A DNA stretch of 64,000 nucleotides, taken from NCBI GenBank assembly GCA_965218585.1, contig CBDCLE010000012.1:154138-218137 (forward strand). Direction: 5' to 3'. Both the position numbers and the translations under genes were made by a program. The notes beneath the pieces are model-generated. The model made no database searches and had not been told where the DNA came from. It was given only the letters and a program-made list of their open reading frames with translations. Shown here one piece after another: positions 63,543-64,000 of the stretch. Source of the stretch: Terriglobia bacterium. Its GTDB lineage: Bacteria; Acidobacteriota; Terriglobia; 20CM-2-55-15. Every line of letters starts with the position of its first letter. The stretch's first letter is position 1.

Positions 63543-64000
63543 ATGCGTAACAAGATTCTAATCGTGGCTTTGGCTGCGTCTGTGGGTGTAGGTGCCGCCG
63601 CGCTGACGGCGTTTACTCAGGCTCAAGCCGAACCGCTTGCGATCACTGAAGTAGTAGACGGCCTGTATATGATCACCGGGCCGGGAGGCAACATCGGCGT
63701 ACGTGTCACCGACGACGGTGTCGTCGTGATCGATGACAAGTTTGAGCAGAACTATGACCAGATCATGGCCAACATCGAAAGCGTTACAGATGCGCCTGTC
63801 AAGTATGTCCTGAACACGCATCACCATGGGGATCATAGCGGCAGCAACGCACAGTTCGCTGACATCGCCCAGGTGATAGCCCACAAGAACGTCCGGGCAA
63901 ACATCCTTAGAAACGATCAGGCCGGTGCGCCGTCGGTTATCTTCGCCTACGAGACCTCGGTCTTCGTCGGCGACGTGGAGGTCCAGGCCCACCACATGGG
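63543..64000 (+). CDS. Secreted MBL-fold metallo-hydrolase (cyclase-like), runs off the right edge (not in ORF track)
   Basis: GGAGG RBS, signal peptide, GGNIG, VIDDK, NTHHHGDHSG (HxHxDH). Confidence 0.88.
   Translation, partial: MRNKILIVALAASVGVGAAALTAFTQAQAEPLAITEVVDGLYMITGPGGNIGVRVTDDGVVVIDDKFEQNYDQIMANIESVTDAPVKYVLNTHHHGDHSGSNAQFADIAQVIAHKNVRANILRNDQAGAPSVIFAYETSVFVGDVEVQAHHM

Overview
Chromosomal window from a fairly GC-rich bacterium; gene content (DUF4097/ECF operons, ypdA, mtnP-pfkB, interspersed palindromic repeats) suggests Acidobacteriota (inference). Bases ~1-17000 are a decaying surface-polysaccharide island: glycosyltransferases, methyltransferases, DegT-like, deacetylase, KpsF, FemX-like, fcl/gmd, carbamoyltransferase and rfbF. 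It has several deletion junctions, gene stubs and two IS elements (an rve/DDE element with long repeated IRs, and an IS256). Bases ~17000-64000 are mostly core genes (comEC, mltD-like, two ECF sigma/anti-sigma/DUF4097 operons, M16 peptidase, tsaE, nnr, argD, btuF under a cobalamin riboswitch, carD, aroA, aroK, nrdR, lon, thiL, mtnP, dapF, ypdA, ispH-ferredoxin, fabH, comM) plus an IS5. Signals the ORF track misses: (1) an exported, Cys-free peroxiredoxin whose catalytic residue is an in-frame UGA followed by a SECIS-like hairpin (selenoprotein, 29797-30351); (2) a candidate orphan structured sRNA at ~60170-60302; (3) recurrent -10 boxes 5-9 nt before start codons, suggesting leaderless mRNAs; (4) matching ECF-type promoters before both ECF sigma genes; (5) five single-base frameshifts that may be assembly errors. 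All calls are by eye from motifs; no searches were run.
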